Assembly: GCA_010909165.1 (NCBI GenBank)
Contig: MU008177.1
Location: 682,001-746,000, forward strand
Length of the DNA stretch: 64,000 bases
Source: Anthoceros angustus
Lineage: Eukaryota; Plantae; Anthocerotophyta
Direction: 5' to 3'
In this document: positions 34,663 to 45,985 of the stretch, piece after piece
How the letters are laid out: each line of letters opens with the position of its first letter
Numbering within the stretch: the stretch's first letter is position 1
Made by a program: the position numbers and the translations under genes
Notes under the pieces: generated by a model
Seen by the model: only the letters and a program-made list of their open reading frames with translations
The model's database searches: none
What the model was told of the DNA's origin: nothing

Positions 34663-36969
34663 CTTTCCCCTAAATTAGAGGACCGGTGACCTAGACTACA
34701 AACTACCTAGCCTACACCCGGGAAATAACCTGATCCGGAACCAAGCGGCAAGCGATGAAGCTGTCAGAAAATGAAGTGCGGTGCAGATTACAGACGAAGG
34801 TTTGGAAAGGAAAGGGGGGGGGGAGCACGCCTCCTAACGATCTGACGAGATCAGCACCTCGGCAGCTCTGCTTCCCCAAACAGAACTCGGCCCCGAAATG
34901 GAGCAAGCACGCAGATCGGTGAAGCAAAAAAACTCGGGCACCAAGCCAACAGCAAGCACGCTGCCAACAACACCCCTGTGCCCGCGCCGACAGCAGATGC
35001 AAGAAAAAAAGGAGGACAAACCTGGAGGACAAACCTAGACGACAGACCGCAGCAAGCAAGAGAGCGCAACGGACAGAAACCGGTAAACCTCAACCAGCAG
35101 AAAGAAAGAGGGCGAGCAGGAAGGCGCCCGGCGGGAAGGGAGAGGTAGCCGGGTTGATGGCCACTCCACATAAGGTACTACAAATGCCACCGTTTTGATT
35201 TACGGCCCTGTCACCAGTTCAATATTACCTTGATAGTTTCCCCCCTTACGCTCTTTATCCCACGCTGCATAGGTCGTGTAAAAGCAGAAAAGTAATCCAT
35301 TTAGTCCACGAAAGGGTGCGTTGGATGTTGTTTCTCGTAATATTTAAAAATAAAGGTTGAATTATTTTCCATGCATGTAGGTAGTGATGGTTTGTAGCCT
35401 TATTTGCATCCTTTTAAGCCATAGGTAATAAATAATAAATAATAAAAATATATTTGAAACTCTTCCTCAATCCAAAACAAAGATTGTTTCTTCATAGGTG
35501 TTCTAACCATACCTCCTAGGCGTTTGGACACGTCACTAGATATGATATTCCCTAGTGTCTTATTTATATAGCGCATACTTCATCTCAAATGTAAATATGT
35601 GTTGTCATAAAACAAGCAAATGAAAATGAAAATATGACATACATTTTATGACGAATGAAATAAGCAAATGAAAACGAAAAGAAACATATCCGATCTCCTC
35701 GTCCGAGCATCATTCTTTTTACGATCAATAATTTTATGGAAAGCTTCTTATGATCACATGGTACCTTTTTTTTTCTATAATATTTAAGGCAAATGTGGAG
35801 AGTTTATAAGACTTGGACATACGAGAAGTCTCACCATATGAAGGCACTGGAAAGCAACCTTCTATAGGGTCCCAAGCCTTGGGGGTCTAGGCGCCATGAT
35901 AGTCTACTTGGAAGTTACCTACAAATCTTAAAATATTGTAGTCAGGTAAATGAAAGGACCTGCCCACCAATGGAGTTGATGATGCAGCGTCTCTCGCATT
36001 CGTTGTCGTCTTGAACATTCCTCCGCAAGTGATAGGCCCTAGCTCATAGGGCTGTACTTGATGACCTTGGCCAACATCCTCCCCTCTACCTCTCTCCTAA
36101 GAGGGTTAACGATGACAAGATTGTTGACGGGGTAGGAAAGGACTAGGACAAGGACAAGCACTAGTATGAGAAGGGCTTTTTAAGTAATAATATATCACTA
36201 TAGAATCATCCAAGGACTTCAATGTTTTGCAAAGCCCAAAATGGGCTAGTCCTTGAAGGGTTTATGAATATGTAGATGATAAAGCTTTATTAAAAATAAC
36301 AAAAAGAAAAAAGGCCCTGTGCGATAAGGCTCCAATGCAAGCTAAAGACACCCTCCTCAATTAACCTCATATTAGTTTAAAACGTTTTTTAGTAAATCTA
36401 GGCAATCCAAAACTTTTTTGCAATATTTTTAGTCAATAGGGATTTTGAAACTTTTTGCTAAAAAGAAATCGTATGAAGAGTGCAGAATTTTTTATTATTA
36501 TTCATAGTAAATTTGATCTCAGATTTAATTCAGAGTACAGCTTTTACAATAGGAGGCCTCAAGGGGTTTTACAACATGTGGCTCCATCAAGCTTTTACAA
36601 TAGGCAGCCCTGTAGGGCTTTTACAACAGGCAGCCTCATAGAACTTCTTTGCAAAAGAAGATGAGTAGTACCCCATCCCAGTAGTGATTCAACTCAAGAT
36701 TACTTGATTGTGGAGTTCCAATAGACCTACATGTAGATTTGCTTCAAGGGTGCTTGATTGTAGAGTTTTAATGGACCCACTTGTAGATATTACTCCTGAA
36801 GAGAGAACGAGTCTAGAACGCATCCACCATTTTAGAGATTTTTCTTATGTACTGTCAATTTTTCAATCAATAGAAAGAAGATTATAAATCTTACACTTCC
36901 GAGCAGTTGGAACAAGGATGGTCATAGGAGATGGACTGGTGTCTTTATTTTCGAAAACAACTCTATTGC

Positions 36970-37380
36970 ACATTTATGTGCCTCCTACAGGCATGTGGGA
37001 GTGTGGGTGCGCTGGCTTTGAAGACGGGAAAGCAACTTCATGAACAAAATATTAGAGGAACAAGCCTTAAGGCCTTCAAGTTGATATAGCATGTACGCAA
37101 AGTGTGGCATCTTAGAGGATGCCTGGAGTGTGGAGTTTGATGGCCTACCTTTTTGACAAGAATTCCATCATGTGGACCATTAATATTGTAATCGCAAGAC
37201 ATTCCTAGCAGGTTATGGGTCAGGAAGCAAGCTTCATCTCTTCACTGTGCTGGAACAGGAAGGTATTACAAAACCAAATGTTGTGACATTTGTGTGCCTC
37301 TTCCAGGTGTGTGCTATTGTGTGGGTATCACACCTTTAAAGAGGGGAAAGAAGCTTCATGATCAGATAGAAGAATAGGGA
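36970..37380 (+). pseudogene. Decayed PLS-class PPR relic
   Basis: TFMCLLQACGSVGAL; GKQLHEQ; SMYAKCGILEDA; VTFVCLFQVCAIV; GKKLHDQIEE, in shifting frames. Confidence 0.8.
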
Positions 37381-37691
37381 GGCATAATATAAACCTGTCT
37401 TCTAGCTTGAGCCTGACAGTAGAACATTTGTCGGCAGTAGGTGAGATTGTTTCATCTCTGCTGTTCATTTGATTTCGAGCTATGTGTGATGTGGAATTTA
37501 TATGATGGACACTAGTTGGAAGTCATGTGAAGCTCTCTCAGCTTGAAAAGACGAGGTCATGAAAGTCCCATTAATTATGTAAAACTCTCTCGGTATACCA
37601 AACTCAAAGACTATATATGTTGGTGTTATACCTTAAAAAATTTATTGTTCATTAAAGCGTTGTACTATTGTGCTTCTTGTGTAATAGGTAG

Positions 37692-38927
37692 ATGGCACAT
37701 TGTGATCATAGCTCAGGGTCCTGCATGGATGGGGATTTGGATCCAGAGGAGGAGGTTGTGGAGTTGCCGCATGACATGGTGGCCAAGATCCAGGCTCAAC
37801 TGCCATTGGTAAGCCTTTTGCGATCGGGCACAGTGTGCCGCGCGTGGGATAAGGCAGTGATGTCGCCCTTGTTGCTGCGGGAGCGGCTGGCATCTCGAGT
37901 TGGATCAGTAGAGCCATGGATATTGTTTGTGGTAGGCTTATGCGACTCCAACAATGCATGTTCCTGTGCATATAACCCTGCCTCCAATCGCTGGCACCGA
38001 CTCCCGCTCCCTCCACATCTCCAGGAGCTATCCGTGGAGCTAGGCTTAGGGCCGGCAGGTGGCGGCCTCCTGCTGCCCGGCGAGTACAGGAAGGGGCCCG
38101 GGCCCGAGGAGGGACCTTCCATCTTTGTTCCACACATCGGCAACCCAGTGTTGGGCTCCTGGGCCTGCCTACCAGACATCCCAGGAAATCCGGGCTTGTG
38201 GGATGTGCAAGGCATGTTTGTGGATGCTATGGCACGATGCTTCAAGCTAGTGGCAGTGAGGGAAACGCGTCTAGATCCTTGGGATGACGAGGTCATCTCA
38301 ACGTTCGTGTTTGATTCCACGGTGGGAAGGTGGAGTGAGACGAGCCGCGCCCTGCCCGTAGAAGGGATGCTTGACTACCACTCTCGTCAGCAGGGAGTGT
38401 TTTTGGGCACTGTGCTCTATTGCCTTGATCGAGAGTGGAATTTGCTATGCTACAACCTAGAGCAAGCCAGCTGGAGTTGGGTGGCCGTGAGTAAGCCTGC
38501 CAACTTCAAGACCTATTATTGCAAGCTGATCAACGTGCAGGGCCGGTTGTTGTGCATGGCCTTGGGCATGGACTTCAAGGTGCAAGACAGTTGTCTGCAG
38601 ATCTGGGAGATGGATTTCGGGTGCATGACCTGGACGGCAATGGGCAGTGCCATGCCCGCTCCAATGTTTGATGCCTTCCAGCCGAAATACAGGCGGGTTG
38701 GAGTCACGTACTGGGTTGAAGTCTCCCAGCTCATCAAGGTCGTGGCGGGACAGGACCAAGTATACATCATGCATGCGGAGGAGACCTACACGGACAAGAT
38801 CGCAGCTCTTGATTTTAGTCAAACACCTGTGGCTTGGAGGTGGCTTCCCCCTTACCCCTACGCGCGTTTTCTAGCCAAGACCATTCAGTGCGTGGATCCT
38901 TGGTTGCAGTTCGGCAGCTCGAATTAA
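37692..38927 (+). CDS. F-box protein with F-box-associated/kelch-like C-terminus, intronless
   Basis: ELPHDMVAKIQAQLPLVSLLRSGTVCRAW; AYNPASNRWHRLPLPP; HIGNPVLGSWACLP; FDSTVGRW. Open 411-aa frame. Confidence 0.88.
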   Translation: MAHCDHSSGSCMDGDLDPEEEVVELPHDMVAKIQAQLPLVSLLRSGTVCRAWDKAVMSPLLLRERLASRVGSVEPWILFVVGLCDSNNACSCAYNPASNRWHRLPLPPHLQELSVELGLGPAGGGLLLPGEYRKGPGPEEGPSIFVPHIGNPVLGSWACLPDIPGNPGLWDVQGMFVDAMARCFKLVAVRETRLDPWDDEVISTFVFDSTVGRWSETSRALPVEGMLDYHSRQQGVFLGTVLYCLDREWNLLCYNLEQASWSWVAVSKPANFKTYYCKLINVQGRLLCMALGMDFKVQDSCLQIWEMDFGCMTWTAMGSAMPAPMFDAFQPKYRRVGVTYWVEVSQLIKVVAGQDQVYIMHAEETYTDKIAALDFSQTPVAWRWLPPYPYARFLAKTIQCVDPWLQFGSSN

Positions 38928-39529
38928 AGATTAGAATTAGCATATATACTAGCTTGGATACGTATTGTATCTGTGGGCTGCAATAATCTTGTATAAGCTG
39001 TGGCTAGACTAAGTGCATACTAGAGCTAATGAGTTTTAACACTCATCCACCATAGGAGCCTGAACCTCTTCCGACAAATACGAGAACAAAAAAAATGTCT
39101 TGCGTTGACCTTGATGGAGAATTGTGGGACATTTGAGGCCTGATCTCTGGTGCTGCCCGAGTGCAGATGCACCACTTGATAAATGAAGACTTGGTTGGGA
39201 GTCCTCTATCTCAAATCCTGTATAAATTGGAGCGGTGGAGCTTGTGGAGATGTACACCAAAGCCATGGATTCCTTGTCGCTCATGGACACAATCCTTAGA
39301 CTACTAGGTCTAGTTTAGAGTTTATTATTATTATTATTATTGTCGTTATTATTTATTCATGATGAATTGAATTGGGTTTTAAACTATCAATTATGCAAAT
39401 CAAACTACATGCCTTTGTACAGGCATCCGTGAATTGTATGACATGAACTATACAGCAGCAAGAGGGACGAAAGAAATAGCACAAAGTAACACAAAATATT
39501 CTTTAACCCCAATTCACGAAAAATACAAT

Positions 39530-39704
39530 GGCTAGTGTTCATGTCATGGTTGGTACAATTCAGTTCGCCGCGGCATGTGGCAAACTGGAGGCTACATTTG
39601 CATTGAGTACCCTACCAAAGCTGTGGCTAGTGTTCGTGTCATGGTTGATAAAATTTGAGTTCGCCACGCCATGAGGCAAATTGGAGGCTACATCTGCATT
39701 GAGT
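39530..39704. repeat. Two ~79-bp direct repeats, 95-bp period
   Basis: ggctagtgttc.tgtcatggttg...agttcgcc...ggaggctacat.tgcattgagt twice. Confidence 0.85.
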
Positions 39705-41000
39705 TTGAACTGGAGCCGCAAGCAACCTCCTCCAAAAAGAAGGATTTCACATGGGCTAGGACGTCTTCGGCTAGGGCTTCTTCAAGTGGTACCGTGGAAA
39801 GGCTTGTGTGCGAAATTGAGCCTTGTGTGTTGTTAGAAAGGCTTGGCTCATCGAAACGCTGGGTATCGAGCATCGCTTTCACCTCTTCACCTCTTTCGTG
39901 CATCATGCAAGGCAACGTTGCCAAGGTGTGTCATCTTCTTTGGTGCTTTTTGGTTTCACGTCATAATTTCTCGTCACCTAAGTTCTTGCTACCTAGCAAC
40001 CGGCTTGGTTTAGTAACTACCTTGCTTGTTTTTCGTTTTTACCATCAGTGCATTTCGAATTTGAAATCCAACGATCACTAGGTATTTAGAGGACGTTGTT
40101 TGGCTACAGTAATACTAATGCAATGTGATTCATTGTTTTTGGTTTGCATTGAGGATTTGTTGGTTTAGTAACTTAATTCTTTGTCTACTAATTGGCTAGA
40201 ATGTTTTATAACCGAGTTTTCAGTTTTGAAACCAAAGAAGTTAGTTTACATGGACGTCAATGGTTTTACAATCAGGATGCCTAGTTTGGGTTTAGGGTTG
40301 CTGGTTTCATTCTTTGTTCTTAGATACTTTTCTAATATCTTGGCTCTAAAATCAAGTTTAATGTTGTGAAATCAGAAGCTAGCTTCCTCAAATGGCGGTG
40401 GAAGGCACTCATTTCACCACAGAGGTCAACCGACAGACGAAGTGTACCTATGTTTGCTTGTCACAGGAGCCCAAACCTTCTGTCCATACAAGGAGAAACT
40501 ACAGCTTGGGGCTGAGACGTATGGACCCCAACGTTGGCGGACTCACATTGCAAGGAAACCACAGCCTGGGGCTAAGATGTTTGGACCCCAACAATGGCGG
40601 ACTCACAATGCATGGTACGGACATTTGAGGTACGAGAAGAATCTCCAGAGCAAGCGACAAGCAATGGTGCAAAGCAAGTCATGTTATTGGGATGTGTGTC
40701 ATGGACTCACATTGCATGGTACGGACATTTGAGGTACAAGAAGAAGCTCCGGAGTGCGCGAACGTGGGGGAGAACATGGACACATAGGAAGAAATGGAGG
40801 GACATGAAGAGGAGAAAGAACAAAAGGAAGAGAACAAGGAAGAAGAGGAAGCAGGCGAACACGATCAGGAGAGGGAAGAAGAGGGAAAGGAGGGGCTAGA
40901 AAAGGATGAGGAAGATGTCCAGCCCACGGAAGTCAGCAAGCAAACTCTAGTGCCTTCTGTCAACAAGAAGCGTGCATCTAGTTTTTAAACTCACTAATTA
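39700..41000. mobile_element. TE-like degraded DNA with local duplications and a Glu/Lys-rich stretch
   Basis: Repeated ggactcaca.tgcatggtacggacatttgaggtac and ~60-bp ggacccca units at 40500-40750; purine-rich tract at 40780-40920. No intact transposase motif seen. Confidence 0.4.
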
Positions 41001-41009
41001 ATAATCTCG

Positions 41010-41353
41010 TACCCCGAGGGGTGGTTCAACAGGGTAATGCCGAAATACTTATTTTTAAAAAAAATTAAGGTTCAACATAAATATTTATATTTTTAAAATT
41101 TCAATATTTATGAAAAATAAATTTTATCAAATTTAAACATTCATTAGAATACATAGGAATTTATATAGAATTAATAGATAAATATAGACCTCCCGTAAAC
41201 AAGCCCTAATTTTCAACACAAACCCTAGTTTCCTTGTTTTCGGCTTCTTCAACTTGTAAATTTTTACACATTGGACGTTTTAAGTATAGTAATTTCTGGA
41301 TTCTCAACTTTTACTAATTTTAATTAATTAACATCGAATCACCCTTCGGGGTA
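41010..41353. mobile_element. Putative MITE, 344 bp
   Basis: taccccgaggggtggttc (41010) and gaatcacccttcggggta (41336-41353) are inverted repeats matching 16/18 around a very AT-rich interior. The terminal TA could be the TSD. Confidence 0.55.
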
Positions 41354-41367
41354 TGGTATATGAAAAT

Positions 41368-41520
41368 CACTATGTGAAAAAAGGACCATGTCCATGACGG
41401 GATGTCGTTGTTATACTCACTTCTCAGTTTCTAAACTACAATATTAATTAATATCACGTAATTAATTAATTATGTGAAAAAAGAACCATGTCCATGACGG
41501 GATTTAGTTGTTAAGCTCAC
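41368..41520 (+). repeat. CACTA-like terminus followed by a duplicated 50-bp unit
   Basis: cactatgtgaaaaaaggaccatgtccatgacggg at 41368; tatgtgaaaaaagaaccatgtccatgacggg again at 41471. Confidence 0.45.
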
Positions 41521-41765
41521 GTTTTAGCTTAGACGTCACCCGGGGCCCGTAGGTGAGGGGACCCCGTGCTCGCAGTCTCCCGCCCCATAGGAGCTCCGTT
41601 TTCAGTAGCCGCTAGGTCATCCCCCGCTGTGACGAGAGTGTTGCAGCAACGGAAGAGGCTGTGGTTGGGTCTACACAGGCCGTTTGTCATTCGAGGAGGA
41701 AATGGTGTAAAATTTCTATAATACATCGGTTGGCGTCCTGCTGCTACCTATGGATTCCCTTTGTC

Positions 41766-44765
41766 TTACTGGTTGATGCGCAGCTTTCTTGCGTGCGCCA
41801 TGATGGCAGCAGCTGCAGACAATGGCTTCTTGCTGGATGTTTCCGACTCTTGGACAGGTTGCTGGTCACTAGACTCTGCTGGAGTCGTTGCATCCTTGAT
41901 CGGTTCAGGCTCGTCAACAAGTCTCTCTAGACTCATTAGCTGCTCCAAAGGAGCCACCTGTAACAGAAAGCACAACAACAACACGAGGAATTTTATTTCT
42001 GAACCTCATCACAAGCCAAGGACGATGCTCCTGCATGCAGCAACCAACCTGGTTGAACCCATCAGGCCAGGCGATGGACACAGCGTAGTTGCCCATGGGT
42101 CTAATGCTCTCTGGTTCGATATCTTCAGGAACATCAGTAAACTTCAGTCGTTGCTCACCGGTCCATTCGTCCTGTTCAAGGGAACCAGTGATGCAAATCA
42201 ATGCCACCATCCTACAACACCTGATACAGGTCATGGCACTAAGGCATCACAGAACTTACAACACTCTGGGCTGATCTGTCATTTCTTCGTACAGTAGCAG
42301 GGTGCAGAAAAAACTCCTCTTGGCTGCCAGGCACTCGAACTCTGAGTGCTCTGATGCTCTTGTCATAAGTAACCGCCGTTGCAACTGTAGAGGATGAAGT
42401 GTGGGTTCAGCAGTGCCCGAACGTGGAACCAGAATGCACGCATCCATGAAATCCAGGTCCTTTACCTTGCTGACGGAGCTTGGCACATTGTTGTACTACG
42501 CAGACCCCGATGTTGGAAAAAGATCTGGCAACCTCTCCGAGAGGATCGGCAACAACTTCCGGGTTGCCACTGTCACCTGAGGCTGATAACTGACCGAAAC
42601 AGCAGACTAGAACTTACATGAAGCCCAGGGCATACATATGAGAGTGCAAGAACTTGTCTCTAACCATAAGCGTGGAGAAATAGTACCTCTGGCCTTATGG
42701 GGAGTTCAAATAAGTTTGGAATCCCAAACTGCTGCACCACCTGCTTAAAAAGCGAGAAATCTGAAATTGTCAGAGCGTAGAGCAGGTGTATGCCAGCGAG
42801 TATCCCAGCAGTTTTCACTCACCTGTGCACCTGAACCTTTGCCAAAAGGGTAGTACCGTTTTCCATCGCCATCAAAGTAACACATGTTTTCAACCACTGC
42901 AATACATGGCACCTGCAAGCCGATACACAAATCGCTCAAGGGAAAATTCATGGCTCAACAATCATTCAGGACACAGTCAAAGGAAGGGAAGGAAGGAGAG
43001 GAAAGGAAGGACGGAAGGAAGAAGAAAACACCTTAAGTTTTGAGAACATCCTCACTCCTTTTGCTACGTCTATAAATGCCAGCTTCTGTGGGGTCGTAAC
43101 AATGACAGCAGCTGTCAGTGGTACCACCTGGTAGGCAGGAAAGCATTACACCTGTGAGACTTCAGTGTCAGTACAACAGTGCGATCAGTACCAGACTGTC
43201 ATTGAAGAAGAACCTGACATAAGGTAAGCTGTATATCTCCTGTCCCTGGGGGCATGTCAACAATCAAGTAGTCCAGTTCACCCCTGCAGTGACAGGTGAT
43301 ACCTCACTCAGAGAGCAACAATGGCATGCACCAGGCTTGCTAACGTAGCTCGATGACAGACATTACCAGTCGGACGTGGTGAGCAGTTGGTTCACTACTC
43401 CGGATACCATAGGTCCTCTCATGATGGCACTGCCTTGCCCAGCATAACCGAAGGACACCAGCTTCACCCCAAGGTACTCAGTCGGATATATAGCTCTGGT
43501 CTCAGCATCCTGCAACACCAATAGTGCTTGAAAAAATCTACACCGTGAAAAAGGATTCTGAAGAAAGAGAGAAAACCTTGACAAGGGCAAAGTATTGACA
43601 TAACCTCACCATTTGTAGCACACGAATGTCAGGTGACACCATGGTCGGAAGACTGGGACCATACACATCAGCATCGAAGATTCCCACTCTTGCTCCCATA
43701 CCAGCCAACGCGTATGCCAAGTTCACTGCGACAGTGGACTTCCCGACTCCTCCCTGTCAAGGTCATAAGGTTGTCAGTCACCTTTTGCACAATTCCTTCC
43801 ACAGCTACCAATTCCGTTAAAGCCATACACGGCAAACGGAGAAGCCAGACCTTGCAGCTTGAAACAGCCACGATGTTAGACACGCCTTGGAGACCCTTGG
43901 GGACGTCTTCTGGAACAATTGGCTTAGGTGGTTGCGCACTCATTGTCACCTTGACGTCCCTGACCCAAGAGATTGCCCTCACATTCTCTAATGCCTGTTT
44001 CTCGAACTGTCCAACCCATACCACAACAAACGCATTATGTTTCACGCCAAGGGGCCAAGTGCTTCAGCGACAAAGGTTTGCATAACTACCATATCCTTCA
44101 CAGGACAGGCAGGAGTCGTTAGCTCCAGGCGAAAGGAGACCTGAATAACCAAAAACCTGTCAGAAACTTGAGCTGGGCACCCACAACAACCACAAGACTC
44201 TCCCAACATTCATAGACCACTATACCTTGCCATTGCTCTCATCAGCAGCCAGATCCTTCACAAAGCCACATGTCACAATGTCCGTGCCAAAATCAGGATC
44301 AATGATCCTAGACAAGGCTTGAAGCACATCATCGGTAGCAGTCCTTGGTGGGTCTGCTGCCAGAGGAGCTGCAAAGATAAAAATCCATCAAGAACCCAAT
44401 TCCCGGCGCTATCCACCCATACAATGCAACCATTTTCCATCCCCTAGAGCAACCTGCACTGGCAGTCGCTTGGCAGAATATTCTGCCCCTCCTCGGACTG
44501 GAAGCGGAATTCACCGTCCTCCCCAGTTCAAAATGCAAACTCTGCCCGTGCAAGGAGGTCACATTATCCATAACCACTCTGCCAATCCGTGGCTTTCTGC
44601 AGCCCCTTGTCCTGCCTGGAAATTCGCATTCTGGTTACAGAGGTTCAAGGCTCAAGCTCAGAGCAGATTTCAACCCGAAAATGCAGGCAGCAGGTGGGAC
44701 ATACCAAAGCAGGACCAGGAAACAGCTACAGCGCTGGAAGCAGACGCCATCGAGAGCTCGGCCAT
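41766..44765 (-). CDS. HCF101: HCF101, plastid Fe-S cluster scaffold (Mrp/NBP35 P-loop NTPase), multi-exon; alternative start at 44798
   Basis: [22 protein letters not shown]; [11 protein letters not shown]; VAVSSCK|[38 protein letters not shown]; [17 protein letters not shown]; [15 protein letters not shown]; [19 protein letters not shown]. Confidence 0.96.
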
Positions 44766-45103
44766 GGCCGCCGTGGCAGAACAGGCGACGGGGCGCATGG
44801 CCAGCGAGTGCTCTGCACACTCAGTAGAGCAAGGAGTGAAAGCAGCCGGCCTAAAAGCTCCCGTACCAAGGCCTTCCTATACGTTTGGATATTGGGAAGG
44901 TTTAGAGTAGGTGGTTGTTACATTTATCTGCTCCTATTTGTTTCTGGTAAAAATCCGCTCCAATTTTCGTGAACCACAAAATCCACTTCAACCAGTCGTT
45001 GACTCGTTTCTCGTGAACCGGATTGATTCAGCTTCCGGGTGTGAACTCACCAGGAGTTTGAACCGGACCAGCGAGTTCGAACCGGAAGCGTAGTTAGGCG
45101 GCG

Positions 45104-45112
45104 TTTAGGGTT
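45104..45112 (+). promoter_or_regulatory. Telobox (TTTAGGGTT) upstream of RPL29
   Basis: tttagggtt followed by a tataaat TATA-like word at about 45129. Confidence 0.6.
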
Positions 45113-45212
45113 CCGGTCTGGGTATGACTATAAATAAAGGGGGAGCTGTCGATTTTACTTCTCCCGATCATTGTCCGTCTCGTACGCGGAGGAGCTCCGA
45201 GCGGCGGCAGGG

Positions 45213-45407
45213 ATGGCCAAATCGAAGAATCACACGGCGCACAACCAGTCGTACAAGGCGCATAGGAACGGCATCAAGAAGCCGAAGAAGCAGAAATACA
45301 TCTCGCGCAAGGGGATGGACCCCAAGTTTTTGAGGAATCAGAGATACGCCAAGAAGCACAACCGGACAGCTGATGCCGGTTCCACTGGCGAGGCCGAGGA
45401 GGAGTGA
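45213..45407 (+). CDS. RPL29: 60S ribosomal protein L29 (eL29)
   Basis: [25 protein letters not shown]...[20 protein letters not shown]. Confidence 0.97.
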   Translation: MAKSKNHTAHNQSYKAHRNGIKKPKKQKYISRKGMDPKFLRNQRYAKKHNRTADAGSTGEAEEE

Positions 45408-45595
45408 ATCTGATGCAGGTGTGCGAGGGCTCTCCCTCAGTGGGGTAGCTCCCACGTCTGTTCTCTTGCTGTTCTGGCGTCTTTTTCAAAGGTTTGGCCT
45501 TGATGGTAGAGGTTTAGGTTTATGGTCTGCTGTTCGCTCCCTGGAGGCTAGTGCCGTTGATGCCCCTGTGTCTTGTTTGTTATGGTTGGTAGCTC

Positions 45596-45678
45596 TGCAC
45601 TATGAGGATATCATAACTGTGTGGTTGAGAGCTTTCAGCTCGCTGATGCTACCATACCTCCTACTCATTCTGAGTGCA
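45596..45678 (+). ncRNA. C/D-box snoRNA; predicted guide for an Am in 25S rRNA
   Basis: Terminal stem tgcac/gtgca; C box ATGAGGA at 45602; D box CTGA at 45670. The 12 nt cctcctactcat upstream of D are complementary to ATGAGTAGGAGG, recalled as conserved plant LSU rRNA. Confidence 0.75.
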
Positions 45679-45727
45679 TTATTTAGGTCAACGTCTTTTG
45701 TATCTTTCGTAAGGTCGCTGTGTAGCG

Positions 45728-45800
45728 AGGCATATGAGGAAACTAAATTATGGGTAATTTGCGACTGATCCGTGATGTCGAATTGATAGAACTGATGCCT
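45728..45800 (+). ncRNA. C/D-box snoRNA of the U16/snR87 type (18S Am guide), copy 1
   Basis: Stem aggca/tgcct; C box ATGAGGA at 45734; guide gggtaatttgcg (complement of 18S CGCAAATTACCC) then D' CTGA at 45765; C' GTGATGT; D box CTGA at 45792. Confidence 0.85.
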
Positions 45801-45906
45801 TGCTACAGTAAAGCTCACTCTTGTTTGAAAGATGTCTACTGATGGGTCAGATAGGTTAGGGTTTAGTGTCGGCGGACACCTATCGGTCGCACCAAGGACT
45901 AGGAAA

Positions 45907-45985
45907 AGGCAGTTGATGAGAAAATCCTTAACGGGTAATTTGTGACTGATCATCTGTGATGTCCAACCTTGGAGAGCTGATGCCT
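45907..45985 (+). ncRNA. C/D-box snoRNA of the U16/snR87 type, copy 2, possibly with a second LSU guide
   Basis: Stem aggca/tgcct; C box TTGATGA at 45913; guide gggtaatttgtg then D' CTGA at 45946; C' GTGATGT; accttggaga before D box CTGA at 45977. Confidence 0.85.
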
